A DNA stretch of 64,000 nucleotides, taken from positions 266,538,001 through 266,602,000 of the forward strand of contig OZ024742.1 of assembly GCA_964016885.1 (NCBI GenBank), written 5' to 3'. Position numbers and translations under genes: made by a program. This document shows, piece by piece, positions 12,098 to 25,349 of the stretch. The notes beneath the pieces are model-generated. The model made no database searches. It was not told the DNA's origin and worked only from the letters and a program-made list of their open reading frames with translations. Position 1 is the stretch's first letter; each line of letters begins with the position of its first letter. The DNA comes from Eledone cirrhosa. Its lineage: Eukaryota.

Positions 12098-14477
12098 CGA
12101 ACAAACTAAAACATTCTGGAGAGGAATATGGGAGCAGGATGTTAAACATAATGACCAGGCAGTGTGGATTGAGACAGTACAGAAGGAGATCAGTGAACAG
12201 GCACACCAACAAACTGATTTGAGTATCACAGTTGAAACTCTTAAGGGGCAAGCCAAAAAACTAACCAACTGGAAATCACCTGGCCCAGATGGTGTGCAGG
12301 AGTATTGGATTAAAAACATAACATCCCTCCACCCGAAACTGACAATCATGTTCAATGACTGCTTGATGTCAGGTGAGGTACCAGAGTGGTTGACAAAAAG
12401 TACCACAGTTCTGATAATGAAAGACCGAATCAAGGGTAATGATGTTACCAACTATAGACCTATCACATGTCTGTCCGTAATGTGGAAACTGTTGACAGGC
12501 ATTATGTCTGAGGAAATCTACCTTCACCTCCACACAAACAACTTGTTACCGGACGAACAGAAAGGATGCCGAAAGCAGTCACGTGGTACAAAGGACCAGT
12601 TACTTATTGATAAGATGGTAATGAGGAATTGCAAGAGGAGACACACTGGTCTTGCCATGGGATGGATAGACTACAAAAAGGCATTTGACATGGTGCCTCA
12701 TTCTTGGATCAGCAAAAGCCTGGAGATCTTCAAGGTGGCAGATAACATCAGACAATTGTTGGGCAAAAGTATGAAGTCCTGGGAAACAGAGTTAACATCA
12801 ACTGGAGAATCCTTGAGAAGCGTGAAGATCAAGAGAGGTATCTTCCAGGGAGATAGTCTGTCCCATCTGTTGTTTGTCCTTACCCTGATGCCCCTGACCA
12901 GTGTACTGCGAAAAGTGAGAGCAGGATACAGGTTGGGAAAGGGAGGGCTTACCATCAATCACTTCCTCTTCATGGACGATCTTAAGCTCATCGGGAAGAG
13001 TGAGAAGGTGTTGGATGTGCTTGTTGACACTGTCCGTATTTTCAGCAATGATATATGTATGCAATTTGGTATTAGTAAGTGTGGAGTCATTGTGATGAGG
13101 AGGGGTAAGTTGAGCAGAAGTAACGGAATCCAGATACCAACAGGTGAGATGATAAAGGAAATTGACTCTGAGGAAGGATACAAGTATTTGGGCGTTCTGG
13201 AGGCTGATGACATCAAGAACAAAAAAATGAAGGAATTGATAAGAACTGAATACCTTCGGAGAGTAAGGAGCGTATTAAAGTCACATCTGAACAGTAGGAA
13301 TGCCATAAGTGCAGTAAATTCCCGAGCTGTGTCTATTATTAGGTACAGTGCGGGAATTCTGAGATGGAATGTTGCTGAACAAAAAGAAATGGATAGGAAG
13401 ACTAGGAAGCTATTGACTATCTACAATATGTTCCACAAGAGGAGTGATGTCGATAGACTCTACTTAAGGAGATCTGAAGGTGGAAGAGGTCTTATCAGCA
13501 TAGAGGACTGTGTTCAGATGGAGAAAAACAACCTACACAAATACGTGACTGATAGTAAGGAGCCAATGCTCAGAACTGTACTGAAGGAGGGGACAACAGG
13601 CCAGGGGATGTCCAAGGAGGAAATAACATCAAGGAGAAAGAGCAGCCTTCAGGAAAAATCCCTTCATAGTACCTTCTTTGAGAAAACTGAATTTAGAGAT
13701 CCACAGACATGGAACTGGTTGAAAAGAGGAAACCTTAAAAAGGCTACAGAAGGAATGTTAATGGCTGCGCAGGAGCAGGCTCTCAAAACGAAGTGGTTGA
13801 AACACCACATTTACAAGGAGGAGGCTAGCCCACTGTGCCGGATCTGTGGAGAGAGAGAGGAGACTGTGGCTCTCATTGTATTCGAGTGTAAACACCTAGC
13901 CCAGACTCACTATAAGGGCTGGAGACATGATGGGCAGGGTGATCCACTGGCACCCATGCAAAGTAAACAATTTACCACATTTTGAGAAGTGGTATGATCA
14001 TAAGCCAGAGGCGGTGATAGAAAACGATCAGGTGAAGGTGCTGTGGGATTTTAGGATACAGACGGACAAGAAACTGGAACCCAATAGACCTGACCTGGTG
14101 GTTTTGGACAAAGAAAAAAGATCGTGCCTGATTGTGGATGTGGCCTGCCCATTCGACACGAGAGTGCAAGAGAAGGAGAGGGAGAAATTAACCGATACCA
14201 GGACTTAAAGTGGGAGGTAAAAAGGATTTGGAACTGCCATGAAATCAGGGTGATCCCGATTGTCATAGGCGCACTAGGGACTATCTCAAAAAGTTTCCAG
14301 GGATGGTTAAAGAAAATTGGCCCCTTCACGCTTTTTGGAACGCTTCAAAAGACATGCTTGCTGGGAACAGCAAGAACCCTCTGATACGTCCTGAATATCT
14401 GAGGCTGCAGGTAGTGGCTTGATATTCATTTCAACAAACTTTCCAGTTAACTAACATCAATGACTGAGACTCAAAAC
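12097..14477 (+). mobile_element. R4/Dong-like family A copy, 5'-truncated, with complete RT
   Basis: The 653-aa ORF has KSPGPDG, NYRPITCL, DYKKAFD, GIFQGDSLS, FMDDLKL and YKYLG. The endonuclease is frameshifted. (TAA)n on both sides. Confidence 0.95.
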
Positions 14478-14524
<47 letters not shown>

Positions 14525-14525
<1 letters not shown>

Positions 14526-14940
14526 TTGATCATAAGGACCCAAGGCTTTGGAGACATTACAAAAGTGAAATACATAGAGAAACAACAAACAAGAATCAGT
14601 GGGGGGGGGGGGGGGGTCTACACTGTCTACAATGTTAAAGCGTGGGTTGCCAATAACAATAAGGCCACATAAATAGTTTATAATAAATAGAACAAACAGT
14701 GTAGAACGAATTGAGATACTGAAAACGGACCCCCCCCCCCCCAAAAAAAAGCGAAGAAACCACATAGTGAGGTTCGAGACACAGCAAACACAACTGTAGA
14801 TTACCCTGACACACCAAACGTATATATTCCATCCAGTTCTTGCCCTCAATCTATAGCCGCATAGTTAATGCGGGTTCATTTAATCTCGCCCATTTCGCTA
14901 CTCTCACTCGCCTTCCATTAAATTTACTGGAAAGAAATAT
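14525..14940 (-). mobile_element. 3' end of an L1/Tx1-like LINE with (TTA)n tail
   Basis: Minus-strand C-terminus FLSSKFNGRRVRVAKWARLNEPALTMRL* resembles mollusc L1/Tx1-like ORF2 ends as I recall them. The 3' UTR has G- and C-runs and ends GCCTTGGGTCCTTATGATCAATA(TTA)n. Confidence 0.6.
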
Positions 14941-15289
14941 CATACCATTATATATACCATTATTTTCTGCCTCAAGTGGTATTTGAAGAATTTGATGAGA
15001 GAAAAATGCTCTATTCTCAAATCTTTCGAACTCGTCCGCCATAACACTTCCTTAAGCAAAGTCACATAATAAGGATTTCATTTCTTTCCCACAACACTGA
15101 TAAATAAATGGGATATTACGGAGATACGATACAAAAAGTGTGGAGAATTACATGAATTACCCGGATAGAAGAGCTGATACTAGGTCCAACCAAGGAACTC
15201 CTCATTCAGAATTATCATAACCACCACGGGCAAATGCCCTATCCACATCTGTCATCCTCCAGTCTGGAGGTGCGCACTGTAAATGAGTC

Positions 15290-15720
15290 CATTCACAAGA
15301 GAGGATTAAACAGCAGATAATTATGATAAAACAGCAGAAACAGCAGGTTAAAATGTAAACTAAAATTGGGCTACAGCAATGGCAACAAAGTCTCTACATG
15401 ATTATTATCTAAAAGCTCTGAAGAGGGTAGAAATAGACAAGGAAATTTGCAACGCTGGCTGAGATAAAAAGGACTCAAAATTGTGATTAAAGGATGCCTC
15501 ATTACGGCACAAGATTAAAACACCCCTCTATAAATGACCGAAAACATGTAATGAAGCAGGTTAGATTAAGTTACTGCAGAACATATGATGGTTTGTAAGA
15601 AGCAATTAACCACATTGTCTTTGATTGCATAAAATTATCCAAGGACGAATAGATCCACAGATAAAATAGATCCGAGGCGTACATTGACTGGAAATTTTGC
15701 CAGCATCACGAAATTTTAAA
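15290..15720 (+). pseudogene. Old degenerate R4/Dong-like fragment (pre-endonuclease/CCHC region)
   Basis: Broken frames read WQQKSLH...IDKE...GLK...LITAQD...YCRT...INHIV.DC. Confidence 0.6.
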
Positions 15721-16749
15721 ATAAATTTTATGTAACATAAACTACAGTTTAAAATCTTCGCTATGAAAATGTAAGAACACATTATAAGATATCTATATGA
15801 TGGTTTGGTGTCTTTTATTCTAAGACGCTTCAGCCGGATGTGTTCATTCCTTATATTTGTTTGAATGGGTGGGAGGAAATCTATACTCTACCTTGCTACT
15901 TCATAGCCAAAGAAAAAAACGAAACAAACAAACAAACAAACAACCCTTCACCCCTCAACAAAAAACAACAACAAGTAACAAAACAACAAAACCCATTAGT
16001 TAACAGCAAAGAACCGTATATACTATATTTCCATTTAGTGTTTAGTAATGAAGATATTAGATAAGAGTATTTTGGTCAAAGCACTAAACTGGATCTCATG
16101 AGATCTTATAGTATGTTCTATTCGATAAACCGGGTCTCAACAGATTTTCTAGTATGTTGTGCTTTAGTTGACGTGGTTAAAGTTTGTTTGGTTGTGAGGG
16201 AATGGTTAGAATATGAATGTGAAGGAACCAGATGTATAACTTGTCACTGAAATATGGCAACAGCTAACTAAAACTAAGAGATAACGGCTTGAACAGAGGA
16301 GAATGTTCCATAAATATTTGAATTAGTGCATTATGTACACACACACACGCATACGCACACGCACACATACACGCACACACACACAATTCCATTATTGTAG
16401 GATTGTTGTAGACAATAGAAATACGCATACAGTGTTATGCATTCACTTTGCGTAACATTATTTTGTACAAATATATCATTAGGTATCAAAGTCCTTCGGT
16501 ATACCTCTACCTATTGGTCACTTCTGTTACTTGATTATATCTAGATACACACTTACATTACTTCATTATATCTAGATACACATTTAGACGTTTAAGATAT
16601 CCAATTTTGTTCGATTACTAGTTCATCAACTTATTGAAAACAAACAAAACACCCCTCCAAAAAACCCCCAAAAAACAAAAAACAAAAACGAAAGCAAAAC
16701 TAACAACGAAAGTACAAAATCTTAAATTTAAGATACTTTAGAATAGAAA

Positions 16750-17570
16750 TATGGAATATATACTTAGCACAAACGAAACAATATGAAATATATAAAATAC
16801 TATAAAGTCGAACCCTAGAACACATAGCGAATACTGACCAACTAGAACTACACAACATACGTAAATACATACGATCCAAAACTCCGCAACACAAATATGA
16901 ATGGAAAAGAATATGAGTAGGATTTAAAAATAGAAAATTAGAAAGCTGGAAAATCTGAATATGACAATAATGTTAAGACAGGAATAGTTGAAGAATTAAA
17001 ATCAATAGAAACGAAAGCCTTGCCATCAAATACTTAATGAAAGCATATGTGAACATCAATGCCACAAAGATAAACGCAATAATATATGCAGCAGCTACAG
17101 TAGTTCCAATGTAGGGTGGTTTCTCTCTCAGATCTACTTATATAGGAATATCAAAGCTTAAGCAAACAACATAGAAAATAAACACACCAAAAAATACCAG
17201 AAAATAAAATAAAAGATAACTCAATCCTTAAGGAAATCAATAAAGAAAAGAGACAATTGAAAAAAACAAAAAAACAAACAAAAAAAAAAAAGAGAGAGAA
17301 AGGAATATGACAAAAATATTACAACAAAAAGTACTTGAAATCAAAGAACGCATGAAACAAGATATCCGCGCCACATTTCAAAGGAACCGTCGTTATGAAA
17401 GCAACGACAGTTCTTTGAAGAAAACAAACAATTTGACTCCAATCGAAAACGATTTTATAAAAATAACATTGAAATTGATGCAACACTAACAGAAAGAGTA
17501 GGAGAAGAATTCTGGGGAGGATAATGGACAATGAAAAGATAGCTAAGGACAAGAATATTCAAAACAGCTA
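16750..17570 (+). pseudogene. Old degenerate R4/Dong-like N-terminal region
   Basis: Broken frames read INAIIYAAATVV, ERMKQDIRATFQRNRRYE and EFWG, paralleling the N-terminal domains of families A and B. Confidence 0.45.
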
Positions 17571-17770
17571 CTGAACAACTATAAGAGACTTTTCATTATA
17601 TGTTCCGACTTCCTGTTGTTTGAGTTCAAATACCAACGAGGTCAGTATTGCCTTTCATAATTTCGAAGTCAATAAAATCTTGGGTAGTGAATTAGCGAAA
17701 TTGGTAAGGTGCCGAATGAGATTACTTATATTATTTATTCGGCATTTATAATTCGCCATTTATAATTCGG

Positions 17771-17885
17771 AATAAATAATTGTTTCTACTTTAGGCACAA
17801 GGCCAGCAATTACCCAGTGCAAAGTACCAGTAATGCACTGGGTAATTGCTGGCCTTGTGCCTAAAGTAGAAACAATTATTTATTC
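17771..17885. mobile_element. Inverted duplication of the young SINE 3' tail inside an older SINE
   Basis: AATAATTGTTTCTACTTTAGGCACAAGGCCAGCAATTACCCAGTGC is followed closely by its reverse complement. TTATTCGGCAT occurs on both sides. Confidence 0.85.
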
Positions 17886-18649
17886 GGCATATTGCAATCT
17901 GAGTGCTAAACCAACTGTGGTCTACATCGGTGGTAGACTTAAATCCGTTGTCCGGTCTAACACCAAATCTTGATCCTTTGATACGTTTAGCAGAATTTAC
18001 TCTGCTCTGATTATAAATCTTTTTTCCTCTATCTAGTCACGGGAGCCCTGAAAAAAGTCATGGGTTTTGCTCTTAGTTCTCTGACCTGAAGTAAAACGTA
18101 AAATATCAAAAGAAAAAAAAAAACTGGAAGACAACAGCAAATGATTAAATTCCAAACACCCGGTAGAAATATTTGACGAACATATATATAAAATAAACAT
18201 ATGAAACAATAAGAGAGAATAATTTGTAAAGTGTGTAAGCACACACAGCTAGGTGTGTGATACCTTTTAAAATGATTAATCTCCTTTGTATATATTTCAT
18301 TAAATAAAGAAATATATTTCACCATCAATCGGTAAATCACAGTAGTCAAATGCCACATTTTCACCAAAGGAGAAGATTTAACTATCTGTGTTTACACAGC
18401 AAATGCAAATCTGTGAATGACTCGTAGCACGTGTTGCATTAAAAAAAAAAATACACACATCGTACCAGCGTCATCCCAATGGCGTGAATAGGATTATCGA
18501 CAGCTAGAAATACCAGCCGAGTCTATTCAACTGAGTTAGCTCTACAATTAAGGGGCCGTATATATATCCAAAATTAAATTAAGAGTGTCTCTATAAATCT
18601 CAGCATCTAAATAGTTGATTAATTCGTAAATGGAAAGAGAACTTGGCTA

Positions 18650-20580
18650 CTCTTCAGCTTAAACATCCCGATCCACCTGCAGACCCCAGACACATACACC
18701 CACCTTACCCTTAACCACTTTACGTGGCCTCCGAGGAGGACATCATCTCTGTTCTGAGATCTTTCCCTGCCAGTAGCAGCGGAGGCACCGATTGTCTCCG
18801 ACTCGGCCACCTCAAAGACTTGGTGTCGCCTCTCACTGCCGAAGCTGGTCACCGCCTGCTTAGTGTCATCGTGGCTCTCATCAACAGATTCATTCACGGC
18901 ACCCTGGACTCTTTATTCCCGAGGCCTCTTCTTTTCGGCCCACCTCAATGCCCTCAGTAAGAAAGGCGATGGAATACGCCCCATCACGGTAGGTAACGTC
19001 TTCCGGAGGCTCGGAGCCAAAATCATCTGCAAGACTATTGCACCTGAGCTAGGCGAGGAACTCAGCCCGGTGTAGCTGGAGGTATTCGCTCTCGGGGTGG
19101 AGTATCACCAATCCTCTCAACGTCTTGTACCTAGACGACACCACAATAAGCGGGCTAGCAGACAGCGTGTCAGGATCTCCAATATGTCGCTCGTGCTCAG
19201 GCGAGGATCGGTCTTGAGATCAACCCGCCCATGTCGGAGTTCGTGAACGTCAATTACGTCACAGAGTACTTCACCGCCTCCCTCTCGAACCTGCAATCAT
19301 CCCTCCACCAGATGCAGATGACCTACAAGGAAGAGGTTCTTATCCTCGGGTCGGCTAAACTCCCACCTGCCATTCGATCTACCCTCAGGTTCCGACTACG
19401 CTAATTAGAATCCATGACGAATAGACTGAGCTTGATTGACACCCGCCCTACACTCTTTCTGTTGAAGAATTGCTTTGCCATGCTGAAGCTCTTATATATC
19501 ACCCGCAGTTCCCCATGCTACAACCAAGCATCTCTTTTCACAGATCTTGACGTCTGCACCCGACGGGCTGCTGTGGAGATATGCAACGTCCGGTTTGACG
19601 GCACCGGATGGCAGCAGGCCACGTTAGACATCAAATATGGTGGCCTCAGCCTTCTGTCTTCTGTCTCACTGGTCGTATCTGCTTCCTTTCGCCAGTGACC
19701 TCTTGCAAGGTCCTCATCAACAGGGTTTTCTACAATAAAACTGAACCTTCTGTGATCGAGGTGGGCTACTTGACATAGAACCAGCTCGGCTTCCACCCTG
19801 TCATGCCCCCCCTCCTCACTGTAGATGTTCAGTCCACCCAAAATAAATGGGACGTCGTCCTTTACATCATGATTTCAGACGGCCTGGCGCGCCGGCTCGA
19901 CCAGCACCGTCTGGCATGTTTCCGCTCGGCCTCCCAACCCTACAGTGGTACCTAGCTTATCACAATTCCCTCACTTGCAACTGGAATTCAGCTGGACAGT
20001 GACTGCTTTCGCATTGGTGTTTCACGAAGCTCGGCCTCCGCGTCTGTCAGCCTCACATATACCATTGCGGTACCATTGCGGATCCTTTTGGTCTCCACCC
20101 ACTGTCATGCCGTTACAGTGTTGGCCGCCTACCACGCCCTGCTGCTCTCAACGAGATCATAAAGCATGGCCTGGACGATGCAGGTTTCCTTTCCCAGCTC
20201 GAGCCAGTAGGGTTGGACCGAGGGGAAGGCCAGAGAGTATGACAATTTTCCCGTTCTGCGGGGGTAGGCCCCTCAGCTGGGGTTTCATATCTATTCAATT
20301 GGCAACCTGGTGCTTTCGGCTATCAAGCTGAATAAGGCAAACTATCCAGTAGCGGCCGCTCTCAGTTAGGCTTGTAGTAGAGCCTGTAACAGTGGAGACT
20401 TCCGGCGTTCTTAGCCCCCGGATTACATCCCTACTCATTGCTATTGGAGCGAAGTTGGCCGTCGACAGGTGCGAGCCCCGCGAGTTGGAATGGCTGTTCA
20501 AGCGCGTCTTCTTCGCCATTCTCAGGGGCAATGCATTCTTCATCCTGTCGGCCAGGGCCCAGCGGTGGAGAGTAAGTTAG
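18650..20580 (+). mobile_element. Degenerate CRE-clade non-LTR retrotransposon (RT plus restriction-like endonuclease)
   Basis: GC-rich block. Frames give SSGGTDCLRLGHLKDL, KKGDGIRPITVGNVFRRLGAK, LLKNCFAMLKLLYITRSSP, GGLSL, LEPVGLDRG, and ETSGVLSP...LEWLFKRVFFAILRGNA. Many stops. Confidence 0.85.
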
Positions 20581-20649
20581 TTGGTGGTGGAGGATACTCG
20601 TTCGGACGTCACTTTCACACATACACTGAGTGCCTTTTTGAATTCATTC

Positions 20650-21000
20650 CTTTCATATATAAACTCTAATCAGGAAGTGCAAGTTGATTCCAGATTTGTG
20701 ATTGGTATTCAATTATGGGTCTCACTTGGATTCTGCAGGAGTCTGTATCTTTTTGGAATTGAAATATATTCTGGCTCTGAAGAGGAAAGTCTTTGACATG
20801 TCAGCTTTGCTATATTATTAATATGGAATTACCAGGAAAGATTATAAATGAGTATGAGGCCTAGTATTTATAGCAAATCTGAGTGTGAAATTCAATATTG
20901 GCGTTTGATATGATATGTGCAGAAATTGTGTTTTTGTGCAGTCATATCTGCACTGGAGAACATTACAAGATCTTTGTTTATTGAGGCAGTAGATGTTTAA
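20650..21000 (-). pseudogene. Degenerate CR1/L2/Jockey-like RT C-terminal fragment
   Basis: Minus frame ILGLILIYNLSW*FHINNIAKL resembles the LG...NLSW..HI motif. Confidence 0.5.
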
Positions 21001-21763
21001 GGTTAGATAATGTTGCTCTTGTGAATTCCCTGATCAGCTCAGATCGAACAAAATTATGACACATACATAACTAGTCGAACGATAAACCGTTGCTCACTAT
21101 TCTGTTGTTCAGGCTATACTGCTTCAACCTAGATAAGAACCATGTTATTCATGAGAGCATGCAGTATTTAACTGTATATGACACAGTGTGACAGTTAGGC
21201 CATACCGTAGATGTTTCACTGTCCAGTCTATTCCTATTCGCTCGTAGACTCTGGTGATGGTCACAGTAGAAGCAAGCAATATAGATTTGGTCAGTTGCTG
21301 TTCCTCTGCACATTTTGCTAGTAGGGAACATACCAATTCAGTGTCTTGGGCTTGTGAGATTATTGATGCTGCATCTATGCCTCTGTGTGCGTGTTTTTAT
21401 ATTTTTCGGAGTTGAGTGTGTGAGATGACGTTTTTGAGTTGTTGTGGTTCACCAATGGATAGAACTAGGCATTCCGTTTAATTAATCATGATATAATAGA
21501 AGGAAAAGCACTCTACGTTATGCAATTACTCCATCGTTGATGTTGAATCCCGTGGGTGGTGCGGGAACATAGTTAAATATTAATTTGATTAAACAACAGG
21601 GGGCTGGACTGGTGATGTCCCTTTAAAGTTGTATTGTTGCAAAAACACTAAATATATTTCATTGGCTTGGTTACGTAAGACCCTGACGATATCATCAGGT
21701 TCGGATTGCATAATTAGTTAACCAATAAAAGGAATTACAGCAAACAAAAACATATATATATAT

Positions 21764-23152
21764 TGTTATGCTTTGGGAGGGTCATGTTGCCAATAAGAAA
21801 CACACGCACCAGTTGCTTTCACTCCAATTTATTATAAATTCAATTTATAAATTTAAGAATTTATAAATTTCCGGTTGGTTGGTTGGTTCCATAACCGGAC
21901 GGTTGTTCATATATTGTCAAAGTTATTTCGTCACACATTCTGTGACCTCTTCAGTGACTGGGATTATTTTCTTTGTTTTTGTGCTTCTCCTTTGTTCTGT
22001 CCTACGCCATCTTGTTTTTGTGTGTGTTGCGTGCTTAGTTTGCGCATGTGTTACATCCGGGTATCTGTGTGTGTTTATATTTGTTTATTTATTTGTTTAT
22101 TTACATGTTACTGGTTGGTTGTTTGTTCTATGTGTGTGTGTGTTTTCATTTTGTCCTTAATTGTAAGTTGCAATGTTGCTATTCCATTCATGTTTTCTAT
22201 TTAATTTTGGTTGGAGTTCATTTATGTTTATTGCCTCTGTGATTTGTCTAAACATTGCGTCTTTTCTGTGTGTAGATTCTATTTTTATTTCTATGTTCTC
22301 TAATTTACCCTTATGTTCTATTTTAGCATGATGGTGGAGTATTGATGATTCTTTTTTATCTTGAAGTTCTCGCCAGTGTTCATTTAACCGTTCTCCTATA
22401 CTACAGCTGTCTCACCTATGTACACTATATTCTTATCTTTACATTGTCCTTCAGTACATCAGATTATGCATTTCTTATCTATACAGGGAGGTCTTTGAAA
22501 AGGGTATGTATTGCTAATAAGTGTTTTTATGGAGGTATCTGGTCTTTCTACTATCGTAATATTAAGTTTATGTTTATCTAGGGCCCGTCAAAATTTGTAA
22601 GCTAATTCACCTCTTGGGGTTGTATTGATGAAATTACACTCTGGTATTTATTGCTATCATACCATGAGTTTATTCTATTAACCTTATTCCTAGTTCTTTC
22701 TATTCTATTCCAAAATTTGCTCCTATACAAGGGGCAGGTCCCATTTGTATCATTATTTACCAATTTTTTACATTTGGTTCTGGCTCCTCTATATACTCTG
22801 ATTTTATCTCTCTGATTGTAACCAGAGAACTGCATATGGTGGATGAAGTGTTGTATGTGTCTCTCTAGTTCTTTGCACGCAACACACACAAAGACAAGAT
22901 GGCGTAGGACAGAACAAAGGAGAGGCACAAAAACAAAGAAAAGAATCCCCAGTCACTGAAGAGGTCACAGAATGTGTGACGAAAGAACTTTGAGACAATA
23001 TATGAACAACCGTCCGGTTATGGAACCAACCAACCAACCAACCGGAAATTTATAAATTCTTAAATTTATAAATTGAATTTATAATAAATTGGAGTGAAAG
23101 CAACTGATGCGTGTGTTTCTTATTGGCAACATGACCCTCCCAAAGCATAACA
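21764..23152 (-). mobile_element. 5'-truncated Penelope-like element with 3' pLTR and an inverted pLTR copy
   Basis: Minus frames give MQFSGYNQRDK...CPLYRSKFWNRIER and VYIGET...ERLNEH...RQITEAINI...LNRKHEW (GIY-YIG). Arms 21764-22034 and 22875-23152 are inverted copies. Confidence 0.88.
21916..21958 (-). ncRNA. Minimal type-I hammerhead ribozyme in pLTR
   Basis: gtca-CTGAAGA-g-GTCAC agaatgt GTGAC-GAAA-taac-TT-tgac. The mirror copy at 22952-22996 (+) has a disrupted stem I. Confidence 0.7.
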
Positions 23153-23210
23153 CTATCGGTTTCAACACACGTTTTCAGATAAAGAATCTTGCTAAACAAA
23201 TTCAGAAACG

Positions 23211-23264
<54 letters not shown>

Positions 23265-23267
<3 letters not shown>

Positions 23268-23734
23268 ATAAACATCATAAGATAATTATTTCATTTACCA
23301 AAGTTACCACGAAGACAGACGAGCCTGACACAGACGTCTATAAATATATTTATATTTATAGGTATGTGTATGTGCATGTTTACGTATGTCTACGCATGTG
23401 TAAGTGCTCATGTATGTGTGTATTTGTATATTTATGTGTGTGTACATATACGTATGTGTAAGTGTGTGAGTATAAGTATATGCGTGGGTATGTGCTTATA
23501 TATGTATGTGTTTATTTATATACATATACATTTATTATTTTCCCCTTTACATTACGTCCGTTATTTTATTTCAGCCTCGCTTTCAATTGTTCTAGACTTT
23601 GTTTTGAAATCTATATCTCGCATCCATTTAACATAAATTTCATTCTGACGACCGAAGTCAGACGTCTGTGTCAGGCTCGTTTGTCTTCGTGAAACCTTTG
23701 GTAAATGAAATAATTATCTGATGTTGTTTATTAC
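23265..23734. repeat. ~75-bp inverted repeat pair
   Basis: 23265-23339 is the near reverse complement of 23660-23734. Confidence 0.85.
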
Positions 23735-23859
23735 TATAAAGCTCTGTAGTCTACATAGAGCACTCTCTTTTCCTTTCCCTTTCCTACAGAAAGACTTCAC
23801 ACACACACACCCACACCCACACCTACACCCACACACACATATATATATATATATAGATG

Positions 23860-24670
23860 ATTGCTTGGAAGCAGTTTCTCATGGAGACTGTGAGTCTGAA
23901 GTTTACTGCGGCACTAAATTGAGCTCCTAACACTTTTAGTATTTTTCGATGTGTAGAGATTTGTGTACAATCTATGATGATGTATAATGCGGTGTTTTGT
24001 GATTTTTGTATTCCTTATTGAGAAATACGCCCTAGGGGGTTTGCTAAAACTTGTGAAGGATCTAATGTATTGTTTACCACCATTATCTTTATTTCTCTCT
24101 GTTGACCAATTATGGTGATTACTCTAAATATGCGACCTTTTCTCTTTACTATGAATTGTGCGTGTTTTGATTGTTGAGGAGAAGTTTTATGTAATTGCTA
24201 GTGTTTTGTTGTATGTGTCGCTGGTGTGTTTATGTTGTATATAGGGATTGATTGTATTTGATGTTTTCTAGTGTTGGTGAGATTTACCGGAAACGGTAGA
24301 TTCCACTTTAATTGCGTTGTTTTGATTTTATGAATTTTAGGTGATTGATGTAGTTTGGGAGTAGTTGAGACTTTGTGTCTAGAGAGTGGTAAAATATGTG
24401 TTGTATATCATCTGGGTATGTAGCACATATGTTGTGTGAGATGCAACAATGTCGTAAACATTGTTAGAAGAGTGGTTCCTTGCAGTACACCTTTTGGTAA
24501 ATTACATTTTCTGGGACTGTTGATTGAGGGAGTGCACTGGATATGTTTGGTGGTCTGTTTTATGTTGTTTCTTAAGGAGGTCTCATATATTTGATGCATA
24601 ATTCTATATCGATGTTTGGTGTCAAAAGCTTTGTTGAAGTTAAAGATAGAAGAATAGCAGCAATACATTT
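23860..24670 (-). pseudogene. Degenerate Jockey/I-like RT fragment
   Basis: Minus frame IFNFNKAFDT...LPKGVLQGTTL. Confidence 0.55.
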
Positions 24671-24707
24671 TCTATAGATCATTCGAAATTACTGCTGTTG
24701 TTATAGC

Positions 24708-24730
24708 TACTACTACTGCTGCTACTGCTG

Positions 24731-24775
<45 letters not shown>

Positions 24776-25112
24776 TAAAACATTTCTCCCACCCCACCAC
24801 CACCACCACCACTACAACCACGACGACGACCATACTACCATCACTACCATCACTTATACCATCAATAGCAAATTGAGGACTAATATCATCACCACCACTA
24901 CCATCACCACCATCGTCACCACCACCACCACCACCAAACCCCCACCCCCTTCAACCCTCCACCATCATTACACCGCCACCACCACCGTCACCACCATCAT
25001 CACCGTCACGACCACCACCAACCGCCGCCGCCACCACCACCACCACCACCACCACCACCACCACCACCACCACCACCACCACCACCACCACCACCACCAC
25101 CACCACCACACA
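24708..25112. repeat. Compound (CTA)n/(CAC)n low-complexity tract
   Basis: Direct reading. Confidence 0.93.
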
Positions 25113-25246
25113 ACACCCATAATGGCGATAGAGAATAATGGGAGTAAAAATTGCACATTATGGCTGACAGAAGTAATAAAAGGATAAATTGTTGGAAAAG
25201 TTTCATTAGTAAAATTAGTGGAGAATAAAAACACAGTCGCATATAC

Positions 25247-25247
<1 letters not shown>

Positions 25248-25277
<30 letters not shown>

Positions 25278-25315
25278 TGTATGTATGTATGTATGTATGT
25301 ATGTATGTATGTATG

Positions 25316-25349
<34 letters not shown>

